Virus record (IMG/VR): IMGVR_UViG_3300036715_001290 | Span: 76,490-140,489 of that record | DNA: 64,000 bases | From: a virus | Reading direction: 5' to 3' (one strand) | Shown here: positions 19,163 through 29,052 of the stretch, piece after piece | Position numbering within the stretch: the first letter of the stretch is position 1 | Layout of the letters: every line of letters starts with the position of its first letter | Made by a program: the position numbers and the translations under genes | Notes under the pieces: model-generated | The model's input: the letters and a program-made list of their open reading frames with translations, nothing else | Told to the model about the DNA's origin: nothing | The model's database searches: none

Positions 19163-20476
19163 ATGAATATTGCAATAGGAAAAATAGGTAAAAGTATAAT
19201 ATTTGATTCCACCAAGTGGGGTTTAATAGGTGGCGATGAAATGGCACCAATATTATATTCATTCTTAGCTGAGAAATATCCACAACATAAATTTTACATA
19301 TTAGGTCAAACTGATATAGATTATGTTAGACCAAAGGCAGCTTTAGGAAAACATCAAACATCAAGGGCTGGAAAAACATATACTTTTGAATATCCAAAAT
19401 TACCTGATAATTTAATTAGTGTAGAATCTATGATTGATAAAAGTGTATTACCAACTGCTAAAGAACGCGCCGCTGGAGATCCAACAAATGATCCTGCATT
19501 TCAACATAGATTACAATATAGATTAATTGCCGATAAGTTAATGGAAATTCCTATTGATTTTGGTATTTTTGTAATGGGACCAACCGGTGCAGTTAATATT
19601 CCATGTAGGTCAAAAATTATTGGTTCAGAAAGAATTGCTATAACATTACAAATGTTTGCAAATTATGCAGGTCCTATATTTGAGTACTTAAACATGTCAG
19701 GTATACCTTGGTTTCATTTAAGTGAAGACCCAAGATATTTACCACCAACATGTAGAGATCTTTTTAATATTGAGAAATTTTCATTAAGTCAAATTAATGG
19801 TAAATTTCAAACTAAAAGATATCAAGATTATGAACACCAAACAAAATTCATAACCAAAGATGTTGAATATATTTATTCAATGATAGAGACTATATTCTTA
19901 ATTAAAGAAAAGAAAATTGACTTTAGGAATATGAATAAGACTGGTGGTTTTATCATGGGTATTAATGAAGGTGGTAAACGTGGTGAAATAATTGAACAAT
20001 GGTTATTAAGATATAATAAAGATATTCAAATTTTTGGTAAATGGGAAGAGTCTTGGCATAAGAAATATCCTAATAATTTTAAAGAAGTTCGTATTGCACC
20101 TGGGTATACTGATAAATATGGTTTTAAGGAAAATGCATCTGATGAATTTTTGAATGCAAAGTATACATTAATCATAGGTATGAAAAATCCAAAATTTGTA
20201 ACTCAAAAGTTTTGGAAAATGATTCATATGGGTATAATACCTTTCTTTCATCCTGACTATGATATAGATAGAATATTCAAAGTACCTACGTTTTTAAGAG
20301 TACGTACTCCAAAACAAATGTGGGAAAGAATTGCCGAATTAGAAAATAACGAAACACTTTATAGAGAAATTCTAAGTCAATTATATGATATGTTAGATGA
20401 TTCTTTATTTAATGGTGAACAAATAAACAAAGTAATAAATGAATCAGTTGTAAAATTGATTGGAAAGTCTTTATAA
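19163..20476 (+). CDS. Putative DNA glycosyltransferase (GT-B fold, T4 beta-glucosyltransferase-like)
   Basis: DPRY motif, IFGKW and a C-terminal KYTLIIG...TQKFW...IPFFHPDYD region resembling BGT; located next to the dCMP hydroxymethylase. Confidence 0.6.
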   Translation: MNIAIGKIGKSIIFDSTKWGLIGGDEMAPILYSFLAEKYPQHKFYILGQTDIDYVRPKAALGKHQTSRAGKTYTFEYPKLPDNLISVESMIDKSVLPTAKERAAGDPTNDPAFQHRLQYRLIADKLMEIPIDFGIFVMGPTGAVNIPCRSKIIGSERIAITLQMFANYAGPIFEYLNMSGIPWFHLSEDPRYLPPTCRDLFNIEKFSLSQINGKFQTKRYQDYEHQTKFITKDVEYIYSMIETIFLIKEKKIDFRNMNKTGGFIMGINEGGKRGEIIEQWLLRYNKDIQIFGKWEESWHKKYPNNFKEVRIAPGYTDKYGFKENASDEFLNAKYTLIIGMKNPKFVTQKFWKMIHMGIIPFFHPDYDIDRIFKVPTFLRVRTPKQMWERIAELENNETLYREILSQLYDMLDDSLFNGEQINKVINESVVKLIGKSL

Positions 20477-21675
20477 TGAATAAGAAAATAAAATTTGCAA
20501 CTATCGTGCCTTTAATTGGTGGTATGACAATAGGTAATATTAAAGCAGTAGGACATAATCCAGAGTTTTTAATATCATGGGATGCATTCAGTAAAAATGA
20601 TGGTCATCTTAAAAATTATTTACCAGATGTACCATTTTATATTATAGGTGAAAATGATAGTAATATAAAGACTAAGCACCCTAAAATTGATTTTGTATCT
20701 GCTGTATGTCCATGTGCAGGTTTATCCATGTTAAATTCAAGTCGTGGTAAAAATGAAAAAAGTAGAGGTGCAGATGCTATACAAAATGAATGGCTTTATA
20801 AATCGGCTGATTATGTTTTAGATAATATCAAACCTAAAGTATTTTTTGGTGAGAACGCACCTGCATTGTTTGATAGTAAAGCAGGTCTTGGAGTACAATC
20901 AAAATTAATTGAAATTGCAAAAAAATATAATTATAGTTTTTCTGTATATAAAACAAATACAGTATTACATGGAGTTCCACAAAGACGTCCTCGTGCATTT
21001 TATTTCTTCTGGGAAACTGGTATACCTGTATTTGAGTGGTTCAACGAACCAATATCAGATGTTGCAACATTCTTAAAGGATAATATTAATGAGAAATATA
21101 CAAACGTATTTCCATTTGCACATGATGTAAAAGATACATATTTCTATCAATTCTTAAAACATTTACATGGTGATAATTTTAGACAAATTGTAAAGGATGT
21201 AATGAATGATAAAGAATCTATTACATTCTGGGAATATATAATTAAAATAAATAAAGTTGCGGACTTTATTGACTTTGTGAAAAAAAATGATTATTTTAAT
21301 AAATCGGTTGTATTAAAAAAATCCATCCGAGCAAAAGAAAAACTTGATAATGGTTTTGGTATTTGGACTGATAATATTATATTGATTAATAAATCAACCC
21401 CAGCTATGATTAGCAGAAATACAAACATGGTTCATCCTACTGAAGATAGATATTTTACAGTATCTGAATATATGGCTCTTATGGGTATGCCTCATGATTT
21501 TGAATTTTTTGAAGATAAAGTTAATATTCAAATACTTGGACAAAATGTTCCAGTAAAAACTGCATCTGATATGACATCTCAAGTTGTTAAATATATTAAT
21601 GGTGAATTAAAACCAACAAAGTATACTTATATGAGACAAAATAATTGTACACAAAAATTAACATTTGACAAATGA
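20476..21675 (+). CDS. C5-cytosine DNA methyltransferase-like protein
   Basis: Catalytic PC (CPCAGLS), ENA, PQRR.R, HP.EDR and GQNVP. Motif I is divergent (PLIGG). Confidence 0.8.
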   Translation: MNKKIKFATIVPLIGGMTIGNIKAVGHNPEFLISWDAFSKNDGHLKNYLPDVPFYIIGENDSNIKTKHPKIDFVSAVCPCAGLSMLNSSRGKNEKSRGADAIQNEWLYKSADYVLDNIKPKVFFGENAPALFDSKAGLGVQSKLIEIAKKYNYSFSVYKTNTVLHGVPQRRPRAFYFFWETGIPVFEWFNEPISDVATFLKDNINEKYTNVFPFAHDVKDTYFYQFLKHLHGDNFRQIVKDVMNDKESITFWEYIIKINKVADFIDFVKKNDYFNKSVVLKKSIRAKEKLDNGFGIWTDNIILINKSTPAMISRNTNMVHPTEDRYFTVSEYMALMGMPHDFEFFEDKVNIQILGQNVPVKTASDMTSQVVKYINGELKPTKYTYMRQNNCTQKLTFDK

Positions 21676-21887
21676 AATTTGAATTAGTTAAAGCAGATAT
21701 CTTGCATATGGTATTAGGTTGTGATCCTTCATTTATAGAGGATCACACTTATATGCAATATGGACATTACATTAGTGCACATGGTACTTTAATATGGTCA
21801 TGGTATGAAGCATTATTAACATTATTAACGGAAGAAGAATTGTTAGATTTATATAATAGATGTACAAAGGATAAAATTAAAAGATGA
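21672..21887 (+). CDS. Hypothetical protein
   Basis: 71-aa ORF coupled to both neighbours. Confidence 0.55.
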   Translation: MKFELVKADILHMVLGCDPSFIEDHTYMQYGHYISAHGTLIWSWYEALLTLLTEEELLDLYNRCTKDKIKR

Positions 21888-22633
21888 ATGTTTTTAAAGA
21901 AAATTGGTTAAAAGCAAATTCAAATGAACAAAGACTAATAGAAACAATTATAGACTTTAAATTAAAAATTGATACAAATGATATAGTTATTGATAAGTCA
22001 GGAGTAAAGACAGTTGAGATATTAAATTATAATGTTGTTTTAAGTCCAAACCAACCTGAACTAAATTTCTTTGATATAAGAAAAACTCCAACTAAATATG
22101 TTAATGATGAAATAGATTGGTATTTAACAAAGGATATGAAAGTACCTGATGTAATATTAAAGAAAGCTCCAGTTTGGAGAACTGTAATGTCTAAACAAGG
22201 TTTAGTAAATTCAAATTATGGATATCTGGTTTATTCTGATGGTAATTATAAACAATATGAACATGTACTTAATGAATTAAAAAATAATTCATTTTCTCGT
22301 AGAGCAATGTTAGTTTATATAAGACCATCTATTTGGGAAGAATATAATCAAGATGGTAAAAATGATTTTATTTGTACATTAGGTTCACAATATTTTATTA
22401 GAGATAATGAATTTATTAGTATTGTTAATATGAGGTCAAATGATTTTATATTTGGTTTCTTTAATGATTTTGCTTGGCAATGTTTTGTTACTAAATGTTT
22501 ATATGAAGATCTGTTAGTTACATATCCTAATCTTAAATTAGGAAAATTATATTGGAACGCGAATACTATGCACGTTTATGAACGTCATTTTGATATGATT
22601 AATAACATTTATAATACATATTATCATGGATAA
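21884..22633 (+). CDS. dCMP hydroxymethylase (T4 gp42-like, thymidylate synthase fold)
   Basis: NSNYG, SRRA..Y.RPS, DFICT, MRSNDFIFGFFNDFAWQ and HVYERHF. The Asp after GFFN is the dCMP-specifying residue, where thymidylate synthase has Asn. Confidence 0.85.
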   Translation: MNVFKENWLKANSNEQRLIETIIDFKLKIDTNDIVIDKSGVKTVEILNYNVVLSPNQPELNFFDIRKTPTKYVNDEIDWYLTKDMKVPDVILKKAPVWRTVMSKQGLVNSNYGYLVYSDGNYKQYEHVLNELKNNSFSRRAMLVYIRPSIWEEYNQDGKNDFICTLGSQYFIRDNEFISIVNMRSNDFIFGFFNDFAWQCFVTKCLYEDLLVTYPNLKLGKLYWNANTMHVYERHFDMINNIYNTYYHG

Positions 22634-23027
22634 GTTCGATAAATTATATTTGGATATTGCTAAAACATTAGCATGTATGTCACATTCTACACGAGCTAAA
22701 GTAGGTGCACTTATTGTAAAAGATAGGTGCATTATTGCTGAAGGTTGGAACGGCACACCAAGTGGTTGGAATAATACATGTGAAGATGAAAATAATGTTA
22801 CATTACCTGAAGTTATTCATGCTGAGTGTAATGCAATTTTAAAGTGTGCAAGATTAGGTAATTCCGTTGAAGGTGCAACATTATATGTTACATTATCACC
22901 TTGTTTTGAATGTTCAAAAATGATAGTACAATCAGGAATTAAGTCAGTATACTATTTTGAAGAATATAGAGATACAAAACCATTATTATTTTTAAGAAAA
23001 AATAATATTAGCGTTAATACAATATAA
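22626..23027 (+). CDS. dCMP deaminase
   Basis: GWNG, HAE.NA and PCFEC. Confidence 0.92.
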   Translation: MDKFDKLYLDIAKTLACMSHSTRAKVGALIVKDRCIIAEGWNGTPSGWNNTCEDENNVTLPEVIHAECNAILKCARLGNSVEGATLYVTLSPCFECSKMIVQSGIKSVYYFEEYRDTKPLLFLRKNNISVNTI

Positions 23028-23414
23028 TTATAATTCTTCTACTTTACCTGTTAATTCAATATTTTGGATTGGTTTCCAATTGGTTAGCATGTTACTCATT
23101 ACTGGTTTTCCACCATTAGATTTATTTACAGCAATTGTAATATGTTTAATTTGATTTTTGCTTGGAACATCAGTAACAACCTTTACAGCTATTACTTTGT
23201 TATTCGATGCAATTTCGGTAGCGATTAATTTAACTATCTTTGATTTTAATTGTTTATACTTTAGGTTACCTAAATTAATAGTCATATGATGAGCATAAAT
23301 TACCCAATCGTTAGGAATTTCAATACTTCTTAACAATTTATTATGAGATACCCTGTCTAAAACAACGGCACTGTATGATACATTATATTCTTTTAATAGT
23401 GTTATTAATTTCAT
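23028..23414 (-). CDS. 2H phosphoesterase (2',3'-cyclic phosphodiesterase-like) with MKLITLLKE N-terminus
   Basis: Two HxT motifs (HMTI, HITI). It is the only convincing minus-strand gene in the window. Confidence 0.75.
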   Translation of the reverse strand: MKLITLLKEYNVSYSAVVLDRVSHNKLLRSIEIPNDWVIYAHHMTINLGNLKYKQLKSKIVKLIATEIASNNKVIAVKVVTDVPSKNQIKHITIAVNKSNGGKPVMSNMLTNWKPIQNIELTGKVEEL

Positions 23415-23476
23415 GTTAATAAATATTATTAAATTGAATATTCACATTATATTTATAAATAAAACAAACTACAAAA

Positions 23477-24334
23477 ATGAACACAATAAGTTACAGTCAA
23501 TACACAACATACAAAAATTGTAAACATCAATGGAAATTGATATATAAAGATGGTATACGTCCACCAAATGGAAATATACATTCTTTATTTGGTACTGCTA
23601 TGCACCAAACATTACAGGAAATGTTAAATCAATATTATAATGTATCTAAAAGAGCATTTTATGATTTTGATTATGCCGATTTTTTATTTGAATCTATGAA
23701 AGCCGAATATGAAAAATCAAAAAGTGAAGGTCTAGTTTTTACCGATAAAATTGAATTTGCTGAATTTTATAACGATGGTTTAATTGGTATATCATATTTC
23801 GTTAAACATGTTGATGAATACTTTAAACATAGGGGATTCAAATTAGTTGGTGTTGAAACAAAGTTATCATATCCATTACGACCAAATTTAAGTTTTACAG
23901 GTTATATAGATGTTATTATATATGATGTACAAAATGAATCATATAGAATTATAGATCTTAAAAAATCATATAGAGGTTGGGGAGATAATGATAAGTTAAA
24001 TAAAAGAGCTCAGCTTCAATTATATAAACATTTTTATTCATTACAATTTAATGTACCCGCAAAAAATATTGATGTAGAATTTATTATCTTTAAACAAAAA
24101 TTATTTGTTCCTAAAGATCCAATGTATAGGCCAAAAAATATCCAACGATTTGAACCACCAACTGGACCTGTAACATTAAAGAAAGTTGTTGGTGAGTTCA
24201 ATGCATTTATTGAGGAAGCATATGATGTCGAAGGATTTCATAGAGAAGCCGAATATAAAGCATCACCAAGTAAAAAGGCATGTAATTTTTGCCCATTCAA
24301 AACAAAGAAAGATTTATGTAAACATGGACGATAA
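23477..24334 (+). CDS. PD-(D/E)XK RecB/Cas4-like exonuclease
   Basis: SYSQ...C, GTAMH, E.KL, GYID, IDLK, QL.LY and C..CPF....C. Confidence 0.88.
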   Translation: MNTISYSQYTTYKNCKHQWKLIYKDGIRPPNGNIHSLFGTAMHQTLQEMLNQYYNVSKRAFYDFDYADFLFESMKAEYEKSKSEGLVFTDKIEFAEFYNDGLIGISYFVKHVDEYFKHRGFKLVGVETKLSYPLRPNLSFTGYIDVIIYDVQNESYRIIDLKKSYRGWGDNDKLNKRAQLQLYKHFYSLQFNVPAKNIDVEFIIFKQKLFVPKDPMYRPKNIQRFEPPTGPVTLKKVVGEFNAFIEEAYDVEGFHREAEYKASPSKKACNFCPFKTKKDLCKHGR

Positions 24335-24746
24335 AATTAATTTATATTTTGATTCAAAAACACTAACGGAAGAAATGTTTGATGATTTTATCGAACTTTT
24401 AGTTATTTTATCTAAAGATTTGAAATTACGATTTAATGTATATTATGGAACACAAACATATCATATTAAGACAATGTTTAATGGTAAGATAATTCAATTT
24501 AATTCAGATTATGATATGAATAAGAAATATTCAATATACTTTAAAAATTCAACAGATCCTATAGATAATGATATTAAATATAGACATTTGTTAGAATATG
24601 ATAATACCAATATTGATAAATTTATGATTGATGTGTTTGTATTAGTTAGTTTATTAAAAGGAATATCAAATGGGTTACAACAACAACGATACGCTTTTAC
24701 TAGGAATAACGGGAAGTCCAAATTACACGGACAAAATAAAAATTAA
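24324..24746 (+). CDS. Hypothetical protein
   Basis: ATG at 24324 (MDDKINL) overlaps the nuclease stop. Confidence 0.55.
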   Translation: MDDKINLYFDSKTLTEEMFDDFIELLVILSKDLKLRFNVYYGTQTYHIKTMFNGKIIQFNSDYDMNKKYSIYFKNSTDPIDNDIKYRHLLEYDNTNIDKFMIDVFVLVSLLKGISNGLQQQRYAFTRNNGKSKLHGQNKN

Positions 24747-25089
24747 AAAATTTATATATGATTCATTATTAAAAAAGACTAAGAAATATAGAATCATTAC
24801 ATTAGGACAAAAATCAGGTGCTGATAGAATTGTAAAAGATATTTGCTTAGATGATTTTAATGTACCTTATGGAGAAATTCCACCTTTTTACAAAGAATAT
24901 AATCAGTGGTGTATATTACCAGCATATAGATATAATAAAGAATATTCAAAAGCTTTACTTTTTTCATCATTAAATGAATACGTAAAAAGAATGAATATTA
25001 TTATTTTATTCACAAATGATAACAATGAAAATACCGATTATATTTATAATAAATCAAAAAAAACAAACAAAAATTTAATATTATTATAG
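24670..25089 (+). CDS. SLOG/DprA-like Rossmann protein
   Basis: LGITGS.NY...ITLGQ.SGAD pattern. Confidence 0.55.
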   Translation: MGYNNNDTLLLGITGSPNYTDKIKIKKFIYDSLLKKTKKYRIITLGQKSGADRIVKDICLDDFNVPYGEIPPFYKEYNQWCILPAYRYNKEYSKALLFSSLNEYVKRMNIIILFTNDNNENTDYIYNKSKKTNKNLILL

Positions 25090-25098
25090 GTTATATAC

Positions 25099-26550
25099 AT
25101 GTTAAGAGAATTTATAAATCTCGATGACTTTTTAGAGTTTGATAAATATAAAACTCCAATTCCTAAAGCCGAACGCAAAACATTATTAATGATATCTGAT
25201 GATATGTTTACACCAAGCGGTGTTGCAAATGTATCAAAAAATATTATCTTGAAAACTGCACATCATTTTAATTGGGTGCAATTGGCATCAATGCAAAATC
25301 ATCCAAAACAAGGAAATATTTTTAATCTTGATGAAGAGTTAAAAACTCAATTCGGTATAGAGGATGCATCGGTTACATTAATTCCAATAAGTGGTTTTGG
25401 TGATGAAAGAACAATTAATCAAATATTAGAAATGTTTAATATTTCTGGAATATTATTCATAACAGATCCTAAATATTTTGTTTGGTTATTTGAGATAGAA
25501 CATCAATTACGTACAAGAGTCCCTTTATTATATTATCATGTTTGGGATAATATACCTAATCCAAAATACAATAAATCATTTTATGAATCATGTGATTATA
25601 TTGCATCAATTAGTAAATTAACTCACAGTATTATTAAAAATACAATTTCACCTGAATTATTACGTGATTTATATTTAACTTACATTCCACATGGTGTTGA
25701 TGAAAAAGTATTTTTTAAGATAGATGAAACCGATGAAGATTATAAAAAATTCAAATCAGACTTCTTAAAAACTGAAGATGAATTATTTACCGTATTATAT
25801 AATAGTAGAAACCAAAATAGAAAACGCACAACGGTTTTACTTGAAGCATTTGGTAAATTTTTAAAGATGCCGAATGTTGATGTAGATAAATGTAAATTAA
25901 TTTTACATACTGATATGTTTCCTGCTAATCCTGATGGAACAAACTTATATGCATGCATAGAGGATGTATACACTGATATAAAAGGTAAATATATTGAAAC
26001 TAATGGAATAATGGACCAAAAGCTTATTAATTATTTATATAATATAGCTGATGTAACCGTTAGTACTTCTAATGCAGAGGGATTTGGTTTAGGTACATTA
26101 GAATCAATGATGGCAGAAACTCCAATTATAGCAAATATAACAGGAGGTCTACAAGATCAGTTTAATTTTATAGATGAAAATGAAAATCCATTAACTGTTG
26201 ACAAATACACAGAAACATTTCAAACAAACTCTATTAGAAAATATGAAAGACAATCTTCGGTAGTTGGTGTACCAGTATTTCCTAAATTAACATGGTCATT
26301 TGGAAGTATACTTACACCATATATTAACAATGATGAAGTATCTTCAGATGATATTGCTGATGCAATATATTTAATGTATACTATCGGAAAACATGGTCGC
26401 GACCAAATGGGTAAAGATGGTAGAGAATCTGCTTTAGGTTTTATTAAAGGTATGTATGCTGATAATATGGCATATAGATTTATGAAAACAATTGATGAGT
26501 TTCTTACATTATGGAAACCAAAATCAAAATTCAAAATTTTTAAGGGTTAA
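25099..26550 (+). CDS. Glycosyltransferase family 4
   Basis: SGVA, YIPHGVD, RNQ.RK and EGFGL..LESM. Confidence 0.88.
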   Translation: MLREFINLDDFLEFDKYKTPIPKAERKTLLMISDDMFTPSGVANVSKNIILKTAHHFNWVQLASMQNHPKQGNIFNLDEELKTQFGIEDASVTLIPISGFGDERTINQILEMFNISGILFITDPKYFVWLFEIEHQLRTRVPLLYYHVWDNIPNPKYNKSFYESCDYIASISKLTHSIIKNTISPELLRDLYLTYIPHGVDEKVFFKIDETDEDYKKFKSDFLKTEDELFTVLYNSRNQNRKRTTVLLEAFGKFLKMPNVDVDKCKLILHTDMFPANPDGTNLYACIEDVYTDIKGKYIETNGIMDQKLINYLYNIADVTVSTSNAEGFGLGTLESMMAETPIIANITGGLQDQFNFIDENENPLTVDKYTETFQTNSIRKYERQSSVVGVPVFPKLTWSFGSILTPYINNDEVSSDDIADAIYLMYTIGKHGRDQMGKDGRESALGFIKGMYADNMAYRFMKTIDEFLTLWKPKSKFKIFKG

Positions 26551-26551
26551 T

Positions 26552-27832
26552 ATGAAACAAACTTTATTGTTCGCAGGTCCTGTTGCTACACGTTCTGGAT
26601 ATGGTGCACACTCTCGAGATTTATTAAGATCATTAATATCAATGGATTTATTTGATATTTCAGTTTCACCTACAATTTGGGGTAACACCCCAATGGATGC
26701 ATTAGATCCTGTAACTGATAATGATATCATTTCATTATTTATTAAATCACAACCACCTCAACCTGATGTTTTTGTACAAGTAACAATACCAAATGAATTT
26801 CAAAAATTTGGTAAATTTTTGAATATAGGTATTACCGCGGGTATAGAAACTGATTTAATTTCACCATCATGGGTTGAAGGTTGTAATAGAATGGATATGA
26901 TAATAGTTCCATCTCAGTTTGCAAAAGATACTTTCATTCGTTCAAAATGGAAAGTTGCTGGTGATAGAGAATTGGTTATAACTAAACCAATACATGTTTT
27001 ATTTGAAGGAGTTGATACTGAAATTTATAAAGCAGTTAATGTAAGTAAAACAATGAGAGATTTGTTAAACTTTATACCTGAAAGTTTTGTATTTTTATTT
27101 ACAGGACATTGGTTAAATGGAGATATTGGTGCTGATAGAAAGAATGTATCAACAATGTTATTAACATTCTTTCAAACATTCAGTAATGTTAAAAATCCAC
27201 CTGCTTTATTATTAAAGACCGGTAATAGATTTTCTAAAATAGAAGAACAATACATTAAAGCTCGTATTGATGCAGTTAAGAATTATGCAATAAATAATTT
27301 TAAGATAAAAAAACTACCTAATGTATATGTTTTATTTGGTGAATTAACCGATTCACAAATGAATGAATTATATAATCATTCTAAAATAAATGCTATGATA
27401 TCATTTACACATGGTGAAGGATATGGTAGACCTCTTGCGGAATTTGCAACTACAGGTAAGCCTATCATAGCATCAAATTGGAGTGGTTATTTAGATTTTC
27501 TAAATGATTCAAATTCAATATTAGTTAATGGTGAATTAGGTCAACCACACGAATCAGTACTTTGGAAAGATATAATTATACCAGAATCAAAATGGTTTAA
27601 TATTAATGGTACACAAGCAGCTATATCATTAAGTAATATTTTTAATAAATACCAATCACCTGAATATGTAAATATGGGTAGAGAATGTAGAGATAATATC
27701 AATACTAATTTTTCATTAGAATTAATGAAAACACAATTTAAAGAATTAATGTCTAAGTTAATAGATGATTTAGATGCACCACAAGAATTTCCATTTAATA
27801 TAACGGAGGTACAAAATGATAATAAAGGTTAA
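26552..27832 (+). CDS. Glycosyltransferase family 4
   Basis: TRSGYG.HSRD, DRKN and HGEGYGRPLAE. The start is MKQTL at 26552. Confidence 0.88.
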   Translation: MKQTLLFAGPVATRSGYGAHSRDLLRSLISMDLFDISVSPTIWGNTPMDALDPVTDNDIISLFIKSQPPQPDVFVQVTIPNEFQKFGKFLNIGITAGIETDLISPSWVEGCNRMDMIIVPSQFAKDTFIRSKWKVAGDRELVITKPIHVLFEGVDTEIYKAVNVSKTMRDLLNFIPESFVFLFTGHWLNGDIGADRKNVSTMLLTFFQTFSNVKNPPALLLKTGNRFSKIEEQYIKARIDAVKNYAINNFKIKKLPNVYVLFGELTDSQMNELYNHSKINAMISFTHGEGYGRPLAEFATTGKPIIASNWSGYLDFLNDSNSILVNGELGQPHESVLWKDIIIPESKWFNINGTQAAISLSNIFNKYQSPEYVNMGRECRDNINTNFSLELMKTQFKELMSKLIDDLDAPQEFPFNITEVQNDNKG

Positions 27833-28031
27833 AGATAAAAACTCAAATGAGGTTTTTGAAGCAAAACGATATGCAGAAAATACTGTTGTATTATTAGAAA
27901 CACAATCAATTAATGTTACACCTGATAATTGGGTGTTAGTAAATTCAACTGATAAATCAGTTGTTGCTGTATTAACCGAGAGTGAATTTAATGATAGATA
28001 TACAAAGATTAATCAATTGTTAATGGATTAA
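27816..28031 (+). CDS. Hypothetical protein
   Basis: 71-aa ORF with GGAGG RBS. Confidence 0.6.
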   Translation: MIIKVKDKNSNEVFEAKRYAENTVVLLETQSINVTPDNWVLVNSTDKSVVAVLTESEFNDRYTKINQLLMD

Positions 28032-28033
28032 TA

Positions 28034-28666
28034 ATGGAAACTGTAATAAAACAATTACCGATATTTTATGATCCTATAACTTTTACACCAAAGTTTGTAT
28101 TAAGAATAGATACACTATTAGAATATTCTGATATACATATTGAAGAAATAGAACAATATCTAAATCATTTAGGTGATGATACTGTTTTATCAGACAAACA
28201 ACAATTAGCATTAGTAACCAAAAATATTAATGATGGTAATTATAAAGTATATCCATATGATGTAAAAGTGGATGGTTTGGATATTAAAGAAGGTGAAAAT
28301 CCTAAAGAAATACAAGAAAGATTTACTTCCAAATTTAGAACATGGTGTTTAGATCCTTCACATCCAGTTAAATCTAATTTAATATTAGTTACTCCAGAAC
28401 GGTGGACTGAAATGTTAAATAAAGAAGGAACTAGTAAAGCATTTACAACAAAAAAAATAACAGTGTTACCAATAACAATGTCATTAAATAGTATATTTAC
28501 TGAAATTGATAAAGAATTATATTATAGACATGATAATAATAAAATTTATTTAGTTTCTTTAATGTTAACTCCAAATATATTTGCATTACAACCAAATACT
28601 AAATTTGAATATATACCATCTATTGGTATATTAGCAAGGTATGCGGTGTTTAATAATGAGCAATAA
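28034..28666 (+). CDS. Hypothetical protein
   Basis: 210-aa ORF within the operon. Confidence 0.65.
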   Translation: METVIKQLPIFYDPITFTPKFVLRIDTLLEYSDIHIEEIEQYLNHLGDDTVLSDKQQLALVTKNINDGNYKVYPYDVKVDGLDIKEGENPKEIQERFTSKFRTWCLDPSHPVKSNLILVTPERWTEMLNKEGTSKAFTTKKITVLPITMSLNSIFTEIDKELYYRHDNNKIYLVSLMLTPNIFALQPNTKFEYIPSIGILARYAVFNNEQ

Positions 28667-29045
28667 GTTTATAAAATATAATTGGGTATTTGCTAACTCA
28701 ACTGCAACATCGGTTAATAACCTTAAAGCCGGTGATGTAGCAATGTTATCATATTCATTATCATTAGATAATAAAACACCAACTGTAATTATATTAAATC
28801 CAAGAGATGAAAATAATTTATTACATTGTTTAGTTTTAGATTATATGTCTCCAAATGAGTTCGAACAGTTAACAAAACAAATTGCCAATAAGATGTCATT
28901 AAGCGAACATATTAGAAAAAACACAGGTAAAGGCAATTTTAATACATATTATAAATCAATTAAAAAATACATTACATCAACAAAGCAGGCATGTTATAGA
29001 ACATATAAAATATCAACTATAACATCAGCAAAGTTGTTGTCATAA
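28656..29045 (+). CDS. Hypothetical protein
   Basis: ORF probably starting at MSNKF. Confidence 0.6.
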   Translation: MSNKFIKYNWVFANSTATSVNNLKAGDVAMLSYSLSLDNKTPTVIILNPRDENNLLHCLVLDYMSPNEFEQLTKQIANKMSLSEHIRKNTGKGNFNTYYKSIKKYITSTKQACYRTYKISTITSAKLLS

Positions 29046-29052
29046 GGAAACG

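Noticed and set aside
21884-22633. Ordinary thymidylate synthase
   Set aside because: It has the gp42-type FGF.ND signature (Asp) rather than the TS PFN (Asn).
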